Made by a program: the position numbers and the translations under genes
Shown: one piece after another, positions 27,255 to 36,776 of the stretch
Layout of the letters: each line of letters starts with the position of its first letter
How positions within the stretch are numbered: position 1 is the first letter of the stretch
Assembly (NCBI GenBank): GCA_963674965.2
Contig: CAXXFL010000001.1
Span: 448,001 to 512,000, forward strand
DNA length: 64,000 nt
Direction: 5' to 3'
Origin: a bacterium
GTDB lineage: Bacteria > RBG-13-61-14 > DATKZS01
Notes under the pieces: model-generated
The model's database searches: none
Seen by the model: the letters and a program-made list of their open reading frames with translations, nothing else
Told to the model about the DNA's origin: nothing

Positions 27255-28667
27255 TCATTCCCTGGGCTCGGGAACGTCGAGGCCGTATTTCTTCATCTTG
27301 CGCCAGAGGGTGGTGCGGTGCATGCCCAGTTCCTCGGCGGCTTTTTGCCTGTTGCCCCGCCACCGGGTGAGGGTTTCCTTGATGATGGCCTCCTCCGAGG
27401 TCCCCGGGCGGGAGGCGGTAATGGGCTGGGAGCCGAGTCTTTCCACCGCCTGGGTTATCTTGGCGGGAAGGTGCTCGACCTGGATGAAGTCGGAGTGGCA
27501 GAGCACGAAGGCGTGTTCGATGGCGTTCTCCAACTCCCGGATGTTCCCCGGATAATCGTAGCAACGAAGGACCCGGAGCGTCTCGGGCGCGGCGCCCTGG
27601 ATGGCCTTTCCCCGCTTGAGCGAGAACTTGCGGATGAACAGGTCCACCAGCATGGGCAGGTCCTCGATCCTTTCCCTGAGGGGAGGTATCTGCACGGTGA
27701 TGATATTGATCCGGTAAAACAGGTCCTCCCGGAAGGTCCCTTCCCCCACCATCTTCTCCAGGTCCCGGTTGGTGCTGGTGATGATGCGGGCGTCGGAATG
27801 GACCGTCTTGGTCGAGCCCAGGGGCTGGAACTCCCCGTTTTGCAGGACCCGTAAAAGCTTTACCTGCACGGACAGGGGCATCTCGCCTATCTCGTCGAGA
27901 AGGATGGTCCCGCCGTTAGCCGCGAGGAAAAGGCCCGACTTGTCGCGCTTGGCGTCGGTAAAGGCCCCCTTGGCGTATCCGAAGAGCTCGCTTTCGAGCA
28001 GGGTCTCGGGCAGCGCCGCGCAGTTGATACGGATGTATGGCCCCTCCTTGCGGGAGGAAAGCTTGTGCAGGGCCTGAGATATAAGCTCCTTGCCCGCGCC
28101 CGACGGTCCTTGAATCAAAACGTTGCAGCCCGATTCGGAAACCTCGGGCAGCAGGTTGTAGATGCGTTGCATTTTGGCGTTGGCTGAGGACAGGTTACCC
28201 GTTTCCTCGAGCTTGGAAATGCGGTCCCTAAGCACCTCGACTTGAGAGAGGTCCTGGAAAAACTCGACCGCCCCGGTCAGCCGGTCGCGGGAATCCCTAA
28301 GGACCGAGGTGCTGACGCTGATGGGTACCTGCCTGCCGCTCTTGGTGATGATGGTGGCCCGGACGTTGCGGTGGCTCTCTCCGTTTTTAAGGGTGTTTAA
28401 AAGAGCGCAACGCGAATGGCAGATGTCGCTGCGGAAGATATCGAAGCAAAAGTTGCCGATCGCCTCTTCCCGGGAAAATTCAGTAATTTTTTCAGCGGCT
28501 TGATTAAAGCTGGTGATACGGCAGTTTTTGTCCGTCGTAAAGACGCCGTCGTTGATGCTCTCGAGGATAAGCTCCGCTACTTTGGCGTCGGTAACGCTGG
28601 GGGCGCCGGTTTCCTCGAGTTGCGGCGATTCGGGTGGAACGTCTTTTTTAAGGAGATCGCCGTCCAT
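27255..28667 (-). CDS. PAS-domain sigma54-dependent Fis-family activator
   Basis: PAS; GPSGAGKE; ESELFGYAKGAFTDA; LLDEIGE; YPGNIRELEN; C-terminal HTH. Confidence 0.95.
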   Translation of the reverse strand: MDGDLLKKDVPPESPQLEETGAPSVTDAKVAELILESINDGVFTTDKNCRITSFNQAAEKITEFSREEAIGNFCFDIFRSDICHSRCALLNTLKNGESHRNVRATIITKSGRQVPISVSTSVLRDSRDRLTGAVEFFQDLSQVEVLRDRISKLEETGNLSSANAKMQRIYNLLPEVSESGCNVLIQGPSGAGKELISQALHKLSSRKEGPYIRINCAALPETLLESELFGYAKGAFTDAKRDKSGLFLAANGGTILLDEIGEMPLSVQVKLLRVLQNGEFQPLGSTKTVHSDARIITSTNRDLEKMVGEGTFREDLFYRINIITVQIPPLRERIEDLPMLVDLFIRKFSLKRGKAIQGAAPETLRVLRCYDYPGNIRELENAIEHAFVLCHSDFIQVEHLPAKITQAVERLGSQPITASRPGTSEEAIIKETLTRWRGNRQKAAEELGMHRTTLWRKMKKYGLDVPEPRE

Positions 28668-28796
28668 AAAAAACTCCTTTAATTACAACTGCATATCCCT
28701 TCCGGGATTCGGGAGTTGAAAGGTTCGAAACATTATAAATTTTAAAGTTCACAACAATAATATTACCCTATAATCATAGCATTTAACAGGTACAAT

Positions 28797-28814
28797 TGCA
28801 ACATTAACGTTGCA
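28797..28814. promoter_or_regulatory. Palindromic site, candidate enhancer-binding-protein site
   Basis: TGCAAC-ATTAAC-GTTGCA in the AT-rich region upstream of the sigma54 activator. Confidence 0.45.
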
Positions 28815-29334
28815 TTAGTTGCTGATATTACCGGACGGCATGGGAGGCTAATTGAATTTACGCGGACAAATCAATGGCTTCATTGTGGAAAGCTCGATTT
28901 GATGTGTCGTTACATGACTTTAATTTTTAAGAGCGACGGGCCTTATATCGACACAATTGGATAACGAACGTTATGGAGCGCGATTTACACTATAGGATGC
29001 TTTTTGCGATCCGACCATGAGGGATAATAATTACTCCATGAGACAAGGCCGCCTTACGAAAAAATCTGGGAGGTCCGGTTCGGACTGCGACTTGCCATCC
29101 ATTACCGCTGGTCCCCTTGCGCTATACATTCGGACAACGCTACAGTTTGAGTGCCCCCGTCCGCGTTGTTTTAGCTGGAGAGGCAGGTCGATAAAGTTTG
29201 TCGCCCCTATCGCCCGTTACCGCCCTTTCCATTTTTCAAACCACCGCAATAAGGAGCGTTCATCAATCAAATATGGCCTTTTTTCAAAGCTTCCTTGACA
29301 ATCCGGCGGGTAACGATAAACTATTAATTTTACT

Positions 29335-29901
29335 ATGGCAAGGGATATTAACGATCGGCTCGTGGTCGACGTCGGCCGGATTCCGGCAAATGGGCTCATT
29401 ATAGACGAGACTTTTCCCAGGGAATGGCTCACGAATATTCCCGAGTTCCTGGGCGACGGCGACACGCGGATAAACGGAGACTTAAAGGTCGCGGGCAAGG
29501 TGACCCTCGAGGGGGGCAACCTGCGCCTGAAGGGCTCGATCCATTATTTACTTTCAACCTTTTGCACCCGGTGCGGCGACCCGACCGAGGTACCCGTAAG
29601 CGGAGATATCGAGTTGACCCTTATTCCCGGCGAGGAGCCCGAGCTTCCCGACGGCTCCGAGATCGGCGACGACGAGACGGGCAGCGCCTATTTCCAGGGC
29701 GAGCGGGTGGACCTCAACCCTTACTTCAAGGAGGAGGCCGCCATCCAGATCCCGGTTCAGGCGCTTTGCCGTGATGACTGCAAGGGTCTTTGCCCGAAGT
29801 GCGGAGCCAACTTGAATCGCGAGAGCTGCTCGTGCGACAAGCAAAATGGAGACCCTCGTCTTCAGGTCCTTCGCGGCCTGAAGCTTGATGACGACCGGTA
29901 G
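29335..29901 (+). CDS. yceD: YceD/DUF177 family protein
   Basis: [29 protein letters not shown]; upstream of rpmF. Confidence 0.9.
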   Translation: MARDINDRLVVDVGRIPANGLIIDETFPREWLTNIPEFLGDGDTRINGDLKVAGKVTLEGGNLRLKGSIHYLLSTFCTRCGDPTEVPVSGDIELTLIPGEEPELPDGSEIGDDETGSAYFQGERVDLNPYFKEEAAIQIPVQALCRDDCKGLCPKCGANLNRESCSCDKQNGDPRLQVLRGLKLDDDR

Positions 29902-29954
29902 TTGTCTTTTTCGAAAGCGGATTGCCGGCGAATAATTCTAGAATGGAGAATGAA

Positions 29955-30137
29955 ATGGCGGTACCTAAAAGAAGGAAATCCAGGACCAGGGCCAGGACAA
30001 GAAGGGCCCATGACGCCCTTACCCCCGCGGGCTACGTCGCTTGCCCGAACTGCGGCGAGACCAAGCTTCCCCACCGCATGTGCCCGAGCTGCGGCGAGTA
30101 CAAGGGCAGGCAGGTAAAGGAAGTGGAGGAGTCCTGA
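29955..30137 (+). CDS. rpmF: 50S ribosomal protein L32
   Basis: [34 protein letters not shown]. Confidence 0.97.
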   Translation: MAVPKRRKSRTRARTRRAHDALTPAGYVACPNCGETKLPHRMCPSCGEYKGRQVKEVEES

Positions 30138-30177
30138 TAAAGGTCGGCTCGAATACCCTCGCCAAGGCGGCCTGGTC

Positions 30178-31119
30178 ATGAGCGTCGCGGCGGTGGTGTT
30201 TCCCGGCCAGGGCTCGCAGGCCCTGGGCATGGGAAAGACCCTCTATGAAACCTTCGCCCCGGCCAGGGACGCCTTTGACAGGGCGTCCGAGGCCGCCGGT
30301 TTCGACGTGGCCGACCTTTGCTTTAACGGACCGGCGGAAAGGCTGGGACGGACCAGTTTCACTCAGCCCTGCGTTCTTACCGCCAGCGTCGCGGCGTGGG
30401 CGGTGCTCCTGTCCGAGACCGGCTTGCAACCGGCCGTGGCCGCGGGTCACAGCCTGGGAGAATACTCGGCCCTTTGCGCCGCGGGCGCGATTTCCCTCGA
30501 GGACGCGGTCAGGGCGGTGAACCTTCGAGGCAAGCTGATGGAGGAGGCCGCTCCCGACGGCGTTGGCGTTATGGCCGCCATTTTAAAGGCCACGGCCGCC
30601 GAGGTGGAGACGGCCTGCGCCGAGGCGGCGGGGGGCGAGATAGTCGTGCCGGCCAACTACAACTCCGAGCAGCAGACGGTCATCTCCGGACACGCCCAGG
30701 CGGTCGAGCGGGCCGCGGCCATCCTGAAGGAAAAAGGCGCCCGCGTCATGCCCCTCAAAGTGAGCGGACCTTTCCATACTTCCCTGATGGAGCCGGCGGC
30801 CGAGGGCATGAAAAGCCACCTGGAAAAGGTTTCCTTTTCCGACCCCTCTTTTCCCGTGGTGTCCAACGTGGACGCCGTACCCTATCCGTCAGCCGACTCG
30901 GCGGCCGAGATTCTCGTCAGGCAGATAACCAATCCCGTCAGGTGGCTCGAGGCCACCATGGAAATGGCCAACATGGGAGCGACCACCTTTATCGAGTCCG
31001 GACCCGGCTCCGTGCTGGCGGGACTGGTTAAAAGGGTCCGTCCCGAGGCGGTGGTCCTGCCCATGTCCGAGCCGTCGCACCTGGACGCCATTGCCAAGGC
31101 CCTTGCAAATGGCGGCTGA
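30178..31119 (+). CDS. fabD: Malonyl-CoA:ACP transacylase
   Basis: FPGQGSQ, GHSLGE, ANYN, VSGPFHT. Confidence 0.95.
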   Translation: MSVAAVVFPGQGSQALGMGKTLYETFAPARDAFDRASEAAGFDVADLCFNGPAERLGRTSFTQPCVLTASVAAWAVLLSETGLQPAVAAGHSLGEYSALCAAGAISLEDAVRAVNLRGKLMEEAAPDGVGVMAAILKATAAEVETACAEAAGGEIVVPANYNSEQQTVISGHAQAVERAAAILKEKGARVMPLKVSGPFHTSLMEPAAEGMKSHLEKVSFSDPSFPVVSNVDAVPYPSADSAAEILVRQITNPVRWLEATMEMANMGATTFIESGPGSVLAGLVKRVRPEAVVLPMSEPSHLDAIAKALANGG

Positions 31120-31867
31120 CAAGTTCCTGGACGGAAAGGTGGCCCTTGTCACGGGAGGGGCCGCCGGAATAGGACGCGCCATTTCCCTCGCTCTGGCCCG
31201 GGCCGGGGCGGTCACCGTGGTGGCCGACGTGAAGATAGACGACTCGGAACAGGCGACCCATAAAATCATCCAGGCCGAGGGGGGCAAGGCCCGGTCACTC
31301 GAGCTTGACGTGTCCGATTTCGAGGCGGTAAAGGAATCCTTCAAAGACCTGGAAAAAGAACTGGGCGGCCTTTACGCCCTGGTGAACAACGCCGGCATAA
31401 CCGCCGACCAGCTTATGGGGCGCATGAGCCGGGAGCAATGGGACAAGGTGATCGGCGTCAACCTGGGCGGCTGCTTCAACTGCTGTCGGGCCGCTTCCCG
31501 CGTCATGCTCAAGGGCCGGGAAGGAAGGGTAATCAACGTGTCCAGCGTGGTGGCCCGCATCGGAAGACCCGGCCAGGCCAACTACGCGGCCTCGAAGTCC
31601 GGAATCGAGGGACTTACCAGGTCCCTGGCCATCGAGCTTGGCCACAGGGGCATTACCGTCAACGCCGTGGCTCCGGGATTCATCGACACGGACATGACCC
31701 GGGCCCTGCCCGAGGAAATGCTCGAGCGGTTCATCGAGAATATACCCCTGGGCCGGAGCGGGAGCATCGAGGAAGTGGCCCAGGCCGTCCTGTTCCTGGC
31801 CGGTCCGGGCGCCTCGTATATTACGGGCCAGACCCTCCACGTAAACGGCGGGTTGTATTTCGGCTGA
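31109..31867 (+). CDS. fabG: 3-oxoacyl-ACP reductase
   Basis: TGGAAGIG, NNAGIT, GQANYAASK, VAPGFIDTDMT; between fabD and acpP. Confidence 0.93.
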   Translation: MAADKFLDGKVALVTGGAAGIGRAISLALARAGAVTVVADVKIDDSEQATHKIIQAEGGKARSLELDVSDFEAVKESFKDLEKELGGLYALVNNAGITADQLMGRMSREQWDKVIGVNLGGCFNCCRAASRVMLKGREGRVINVSSVVARIGRPGQANYAASKSGIEGLTRSLAIELGHRGITVNAVAPGFIDTDMTRALPEEMLERFIENIPLGRSGSIEEVAQAVLFLAGPGASYITGQTLHVNGGLYFG

Positions 31868-31958
31868 TACCCGGTTAAAATTTACCGTGCCGGCGGAGAG
31901 TGGCCAAACGGGACTCGCCGCCGCTTGAGCGCCTATAAATACTTTTTGGAGGCCATTC

Positions 31959-32198
31959 ATGGCGGTTACCGATCGCATTATCGCTTTGATTATAAAGCAC
32001 CTTGACGTGGACGAGGCCAAGGTCGCGCCCGAGGCCAAATTTATCGACGACCTCGGCGTAAGCTCGATGGACCTTTGGGAACTGGTGCTGGTCATGGAGG
32101 ATGAGTTCGACCTCGAGGTGCCCGACGAGGACCTCGAGAAGATAGTCAGCATCCAGGACGCCATCGATTTCGTCGAGTCTCAGATCGGCAAGGAATAA
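31959..32198 (+). CDS. acpP: Acyl carrier protein
   Basis: FIDDLGVSSMDLWELVL.MEDEFDLEVPDE; acidic 79 aa; follows fabG. Confidence 0.9.
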   Translation: MAVTDRIIALIIKHLDVDEAKVAPEAKFIDDLGVSSMDLWELVLVMEDEFDLEVPDEDLEKIVSIQDAIDFVESQIGKE

Positions 32199-32230
32199 AA
32201 AACTCCTCGGGAAAGAGGCGTCATTTTCAG

Positions 32231-32255
32231 GCGGGCCATAAGGTCCGCTTTTTTT
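32231..32255 (+). terminator. Rho-independent terminator ending the fab cluster
   Basis: GCGGGCC / GGTCCGC stem followed by T7. Confidence 0.7.
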
Positions 32256-32324
32256 AATAGGGTATTGGCGCCTTGCCCGCCCGTTGCAACGAGTCGCGTA
32301 ACCGTGTACCTTCTAAGACGTCCG

Positions 32325-32993
32325 ATGAAGAAGACGCTTTATCCGCTTTTTTTCATTTTGCTCGCGGCGTTTCGGGCCGGGTCCGAGCCCGGTCCGGCGG
32401 CCAAGGACCCGGACCCCTCTCCCTACGACCTTATTGTGGACCATAGCGAATGGACCTCTCCATCCGGGAAGCTCATTGATTTCTGCCTGCTGGGAAAGGC
32501 GGGGGAGGAGAGGGCAAGGACCGCGGCCGTCTATCAGTTCGAGCAAGGCGAGTGGAATAGAGCTTTCCTCGACAGGGACCGCAATTTTTCGCCGTGGAAG
32601 ATCGAGGCCGTCGAGTTGGACGGCGACCCCATGCCCGAGGTCGCGGTGGGCGTCTATAAAACGACCGTCCGCGACCCGGTGGCGCGAAACAGACTCTTTA
32701 TCTTCGACTGGAACGAGGACCATACCCTGGCCGCCAAGTGGCTGGGCTCGAGCCTTGGTCTTCCCCTTTTGGACTTCGGCTTCCAGGCCGGGGCAGACGG
32801 GAAGGACCGGCTTGTAACCATCGAGCAAAACGGGGACGAACGCCTGGTCCTCCGCGCCTACCGCTGGAAGGGCTTCGGTTTCGCGCACGAAAGGGAAATT
32901 ATACGGGTCGTGAACCCGAAGGATAAAAATGACGCCATCTCGCGTCTCGAGAAAAAGCTTATCGAGCTTACGGAAAAAGGAGAGAGGCCATGA
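32325..32993 (+). CDS. Exported hypothetical protein (FG-GAP-like ELDGD motif)
   Basis: Signal peptide; VELDGDPMPEVAVGVYK, KWLGSSL; ATGA overlap with next gene. Confidence 0.7.
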   Translation: MKKTLYPLFFILLAAFRAGSEPGPAAKDPDPSPYDLIVDHSEWTSPSGKLIDFCLLGKAGEERARTAAVYQFEQGEWNRAFLDRDRNFSPWKIEAVELDGDPMPEVAVGVYKTTVRDPVARNRLFIFDWNEDHTLAAKWLGSSLGLPLLDFGFQAGADGKDRLVTIEQNGDERLVLRAYRWKGFGFAHEREIIRVVNPKDKNDAISRLEKKLIELTEKGERP

Positions 32994-35422
32994 AATCATT
33001 CATATTGCGGACGGCTTATTTGTCGATCGCGGCTTTACTGTTTGTTTCCGCGTCGGCGATCGCGGCCGTTAACCCGGACGCGATCGATCTGGGCATGGAC
33101 GTAAAGGGCCTTGACGCCGAGGCGCTTAAGCTCCATAAAAACGCGGTATACGCCAGGCACTGCAAGTATTTCACCGAGGCCCACGCCCGGGCCGCCTTCC
33201 GGGGTTACCAGGAGAACAAGTGCGGAAGCGACTTCTACTGGGGCGACCCCAAGCCCTTTGACGAGAATAAGCTGAGCAAAGCGGAGAAGGACTTTATCGC
33301 CCGCGTCGAGAAAAGGGAAGCCGAGCTCCGTAAGTCGCAAATAAAAAAGGAAGGCGGCAAGCTGGTTTTCGACAGGAACGCGGTGGTCAACATTTCCCAG
33401 TTCCGCGAGCTTTCGCCCCGGGTGATGGACAAGCTCTTCCAGAACGGCTTTGTGGCCGTGCCCAGCGAGCACGAGCAGCTTTTCCAGGTGTACGAGGGAA
33501 ACGACTACAAGCTTATACCCAACTTCATTACCACCGACTCGGTGCTTCAGCTCTATCACCTTTATTTCGACTTTACCCTGCGCCAGATCGAGGAAGAAAA
33601 GCTCCTGCCCGAGGCCCGCTCCCTTTGTATCGAGATGGCCATGAAGCTGAACGGATTGAAGAATAAATATAAAACCGGAAGTGAAAACAAAGCCTTAAAC
33701 GTTGCCGTGGTTTACTTCGCCGTGGCGGAGGACATGGCCACCATGTCCCCGGAGAAGCCCAAGGAAGGTGAGGGGGAAGAAGAAATCTACGATTACGAGC
33801 ACATGCCCGAGCCGGGTCCGCCCGAGCTTATCTCGGAGGATGACTATAAACGTCCGCCTCCCGCGTGGCTGGATACCTCGCTCCACGCCGACTTCCTGCT
33901 CCAGCGAGAGCTGATACTGAAAGCCAAGGAAACGAAAAAAGGGCCCATTATGGGCACGGTCGATTACACCATGTTCATACCTCGCGGCCATTACACTCGG
34001 AGCAAGGCCCTGGCCGCCTACTTTCGGACCCTTATGTGGATGGGGCTGCCGGGCTTCATTTTGGACGACAACGTCATGCCCGTCGAGACCCCTCTTATCA
34101 TCTCCCACGTCCTGACCGGCGACCCGACCCTGATGCAGAAGTATAACCTGATTTACGAGCCCACCTGTTTTTACGTGGGCCCTACCGACGACATAACGCC
34201 CATGCTGGTCAAAGAGGTGGCGGACGAGATATGCGGCAAGGACTCATCCCTCGACGCCTGGCTGGCCAAAAAGGACGAGATCGTAAAGGAACTGATCAAA
34301 AGGGACCCCACCAGGATAAGGATAACCAACCTTTCCCCCGAGAAGATGTCCCAGCTCGACGACCGCAACAAGCCGCAGGTCAGAGTCATGGGCATGCGCT
34401 ACATACCCGACTCGGAGATGTTCCAGCGTTTGACCCACTTCGAGCGCCGACCCTTCCCGACTGGCCTGGACGTCTTCGGCGTCATGGGGGTCGAGACGGC
34501 CCTTAAGCTCCTCAAGGACTCGAAAATCGAATGGGACGGCTATTGGCCCGCAATGGAGGAACTCCAGGTCCAGTTCAAGGACATGAAGCCGCAGAGCGGC
34601 GAGGACAACCTCTACTGGAGGTGGATGCACCTTCTCAAGACCCTTAACCAGCCGCCGCCGGCCGCCGCGCCGGAGACCTTCAAGACCCCGGCCTGGCAAG
34701 CAAAAAACCTGACCACTTCCCTGGCCAGCTGGGCCGAGCTTCGTCACGACACCATCCTTTACGCCAAGCCCGCCTTTGCCGAGGGGGGCGGGGAGGAGGA
34801 GATGCCGCCCAGGATGGTGGGCTACGTCGAGCCCAGGCCCGACGTGTTCAAGGAACTCCTCGAGCTGCAACGGCTGACCTATACGAGCCTCGAGAAAAAG
34901 GGACTTCTTACCGAGCGCCTGACCAACGTGGGCGCCGACGTGGAGGAGGTCTTCAAGAGGCTGCTCGAGATCACTGAAAAGGAAGTGGCGGGCAAGACCT
35001 TGTCCGATGACGACTACGGGTACATCAAGCGGATGGGCAACGCCCTCGAGTGGCTGACCATCGGCATCCTCACCGACCCGTATAACGACTGGTACCAGGT
35101 GACCGGGCCCGACCGGTTCGTGGCCGTTATCGCCGACGTGCACACGGCCGGGGATACCACCCTCGAGGAAGGCGTGGGCTTTCCCGACGAGATTTACGTG
35201 CTTGCCGAGATCGAGGGAGAATTGTATATCACAAGGGGGGCGCTCCTCAGCTACTACGAGTTTACATGGCCCTCGAAGGACAGGCTGACCGACGAGAAAT
35301 GGCAGCAAACGCTAAGGGACGGAAAAGCACCGCCCCGTCCATCCTGGATTGACGAGTACTGGGTGGGAGAGAAGGCCAAAGAGTTTCCCTTATATTACGA
35401 TTACTCGCCGGGGGGATACTAA
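32990..35422 (+). CDS. YARHG-domain + DUF3160 exported protein
   Basis: Signal peptide; KNAVYARHC (YARHG-like); FITTDSVL, PRGHYT, RYIPDS, SWAELRHDTILYAK, GYVEP, ADVHT, RLTDEKW. Confidence 0.85.
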   Translation: MKSFILRTAYLSIAALLFVSASAIAAVNPDAIDLGMDVKGLDAEALKLHKNAVYARHCKYFTEAHARAAFRGYQENKCGSDFYWGDPKPFDENKLSKAEKDFIARVEKREAELRKSQIKKEGGKLVFDRNAVVNISQFRELSPRVMDKLFQNGFVAVPSEHEQLFQVYEGNDYKLIPNFITTDSVLQLYHLYFDFTLRQIEEEKLLPEARSLCIEMAMKLNGLKNKYKTGSENKALNVAVVYFAVAEDMATMSPEKPKEGEGEEEIYDYEHMPEPGPPELISEDDYKRPPPAWLDTSLHADFLLQRELILKAKETKKGPIMGTVDYTMFIPRGHYTRSKALAAYFRTLMWMGLPGFILDDNVMPVETPLIISHVLTGDPTLMQKYNLIYEPTCFYVGPTDDITPMLVKEVADEICGKDSSLDAWLAKKDEIVKELIKRDPTRIRITNLSPEKMSQLDDRNKPQVRVMGMRYIPDSEMFQRLTHFERRPFPTGLDVFGVMGVETALKLLKDSKIEWDGYWPAMEELQVQFKDMKPQSGEDNLYWRWMHLLKTLNQPPPAAAPETFKTPAWQAKNLTTSLASWAELRHDTILYAKPAFAEGGGEEEMPPRMVGYVEPRPDVFKELLELQRLTYTSLEKKGLLTERLTNVGADVEEVFKRLLEITEKEVAGKTLSDDDYGYIKRMGNALEWLTIGILTDPYNDWYQVTGPDRFVAVIADVHTAGDTTLEEGVGFPDEIYVLAEIEGELYITRGALLSYYEFTWPSKDRLTDEKWQQTLRDGKAPPRPSWIDEYWVGEKAKEFPLYYDYSPGGY
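35391..35420 (+). repeat. 30-bp direct repeat, copy 1 (3' end of DUF3160 gene)
   Basis: TATATTACGATTACTCGCCGGGGGGATACT, identical to 36241-36270. Confidence 0.95.
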
Positions 35423-35692
35423 GCGGCCTCCTACCAGCGAAAAGCGCTTGACTTGGCCGCGACGATTGAAGTAGCCTGAGCTTGCCGGGAGGAATGAAGC
35501 GAGACCCGAGGGTCCGTTTCCCAGCCGGAGACTGAATCGAGCGTGGAACATGGCGAAGGCCCCATCCGCGGGCCTCGCCTGTAAACCTCTTTTAGTAGAG
35601 GCAGACGAAATGGGAAACAAGCCCACTAATATTACCCTGGCCCGTAAAAGCGGAGTCCCCGCCGCGCGCCTGGTCCCGCTCAGGATCCGGCC

Positions 35693-36154
35693 ATGAAAGC
35701 TCCCGCCTGCTCCTGCGGCGGCCGGCTGGACCAGGTCGAGGCCGACAAGTACCAATGCTCCAGTTGTGGTAAGGTCCATCATCTAGTGGACCGGCCCGCC
35801 GATCCAACCGACAAGCGACTCGATATAGAGAAGACCAGACGCGAACTCGAAAAGGTCGAGGAAGAAATTTATTGGCTCAATTTGTCTATAGTAGGCCCCG
35901 CGGCAAGATACATGCGGTTTCTCAGCATTGGGGGCATTATTATGAGCGTTTTCGGAATGGTTTATGACCTTTTCCGAGGCGGCCATGGAAATTCCAATAT
36001 GAGTTTATTAGTCGCCAGCGCCGCCGTGTTTTTGGTTTGCACGCTAATCTTAAAAGCCCAGAGATGGGAGAAGGAAAATCGTATCGATGACCTGAAAATC
36101 AAAAGACGGTACCTGCGAATGAAACTCAAAGCCTACAAGTCTAAAAAGGCTTAA
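35693..36154 (+). CDS. Hypothetical zinc-ribbon / coiled-coil / 2-TM protein
   Basis: CSC...CSSC N-terminus, two TM helices, basic C-terminus; lower GC. Confidence 0.7.
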   Translation: MKAPACSCGGRLDQVEADKYQCSSCGKVHHLVDRPADPTDKRLDIEKTRRELEKVEEEIYWLNLSIVGPAARYMRFLSIGGIIMSVFGMVYDLFRGGHGNSNMSLLVASAAVFLVCTLILKAQRWEKENRIDDLKIKRRYLRMKLKAYKSKKA

Positions 36155-36240
36155 TCGCGGATTGAATTTCAATACTGAAGCGCGCATCCAGCCTCACGGG
36201 CACTGGACGGTCCTTGGCTTTGCGAAACGGTGGTTCCACC

Positions 36241-36270
36241 TATATTACGATTACTCGCCGGGGGGATACT
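36241..36270 (+). repeat. 30-bp direct repeat, copy 2, overlapping a hairpin
   Basis: Identical to 35391-35420; forms GGGGGATAC-TGAG-GTATCCCCC (36261-36282). Confidence 0.95.
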
Positions 36271-36298
36271 GAGGTATCCCCCTTCAGCGAGGCGCTCT

Positions 36299-36724
36299 CT
36301 ACTGGGCGGCGGTTTTAGCTTCCGGCTCGGCCTGGGCCTCCCGCAACAGGTGGGGAAAAGCCCGGTGCAGCAGGTCGTCCAGGTACTCGAGGGGAAAGGG
36401 CTTGATAAGGAAATACTTGGCGCCCAGTTTCTTTGCCTCCTCCAGGATGTCGTCCCTGGGGTAGGCCGACATGAAGATGACCGGCACCTCGGCGGTGCCG
36501 TCGTTGTTTCTCAGGGCCTTGAGGAGGGTAACGCCGTCGAGCTTGGGCATGCGGATGTCGGAGATTATAAGGTCCGGCACCATGTACATCGAGAGCAGGA
36601 GCACCTCGAAGCCGTTGGCCAGGGTCTTGATCTCGAACCCCGCCTTGGTCAGGTATCTTTGGAGCGAGTACCTGATGGTCTGGTCGTCGTCGACCACGAA
36701 GATGAGTTTCTTTTTCGTTTCCAT
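36299..36724 (-). CDS. Single-domain response regulator
   Basis: VVDDD, ISDIRMPKLDG, IKPF. Confidence 0.92.
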   Translation of the reverse strand: METKKKLIFVVDDDQTIRYSLQRYLTKAGFEIKTLANGFEVLLLSMYMVPDLIISDIRMPKLDGVTLLKALRNNDGTAEVPVIFMSAYPRDDILEEAKKLGAKYFLIKPFPLEYLDDLLHRAFPHLLREAQAEPEAKTAAQ

Positions 36725-36776
36725 TTTGCACCTCTTTATACAGGCTATGGTTTCTTCGGCCGCCCTTTCCGGCGGC

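Noticed and set aside
27255-28667. GAFTDA instead of GAFTGA in the sigma54 activator
   Set aside because: A common natural variant; not evidence of novelty.
29017-29298. 93-aa ORF in the intergenic region
   Set aside because: No RBS, atypical composition, no motifs.
35530-35612. Hammerhead ribozyme (CTGA...GAAA)
   Set aside because: Core reads CTGAATCGA rather than CTGANGA and the flanking stems do not fit.
35391-36270. 30-bp repeat pair as CRISPR array or DGR template/variable repeat
   Set aside because: Only two copies 850 bp apart; no cas or reverse transcriptase genes; no adenine-specific mismatches.
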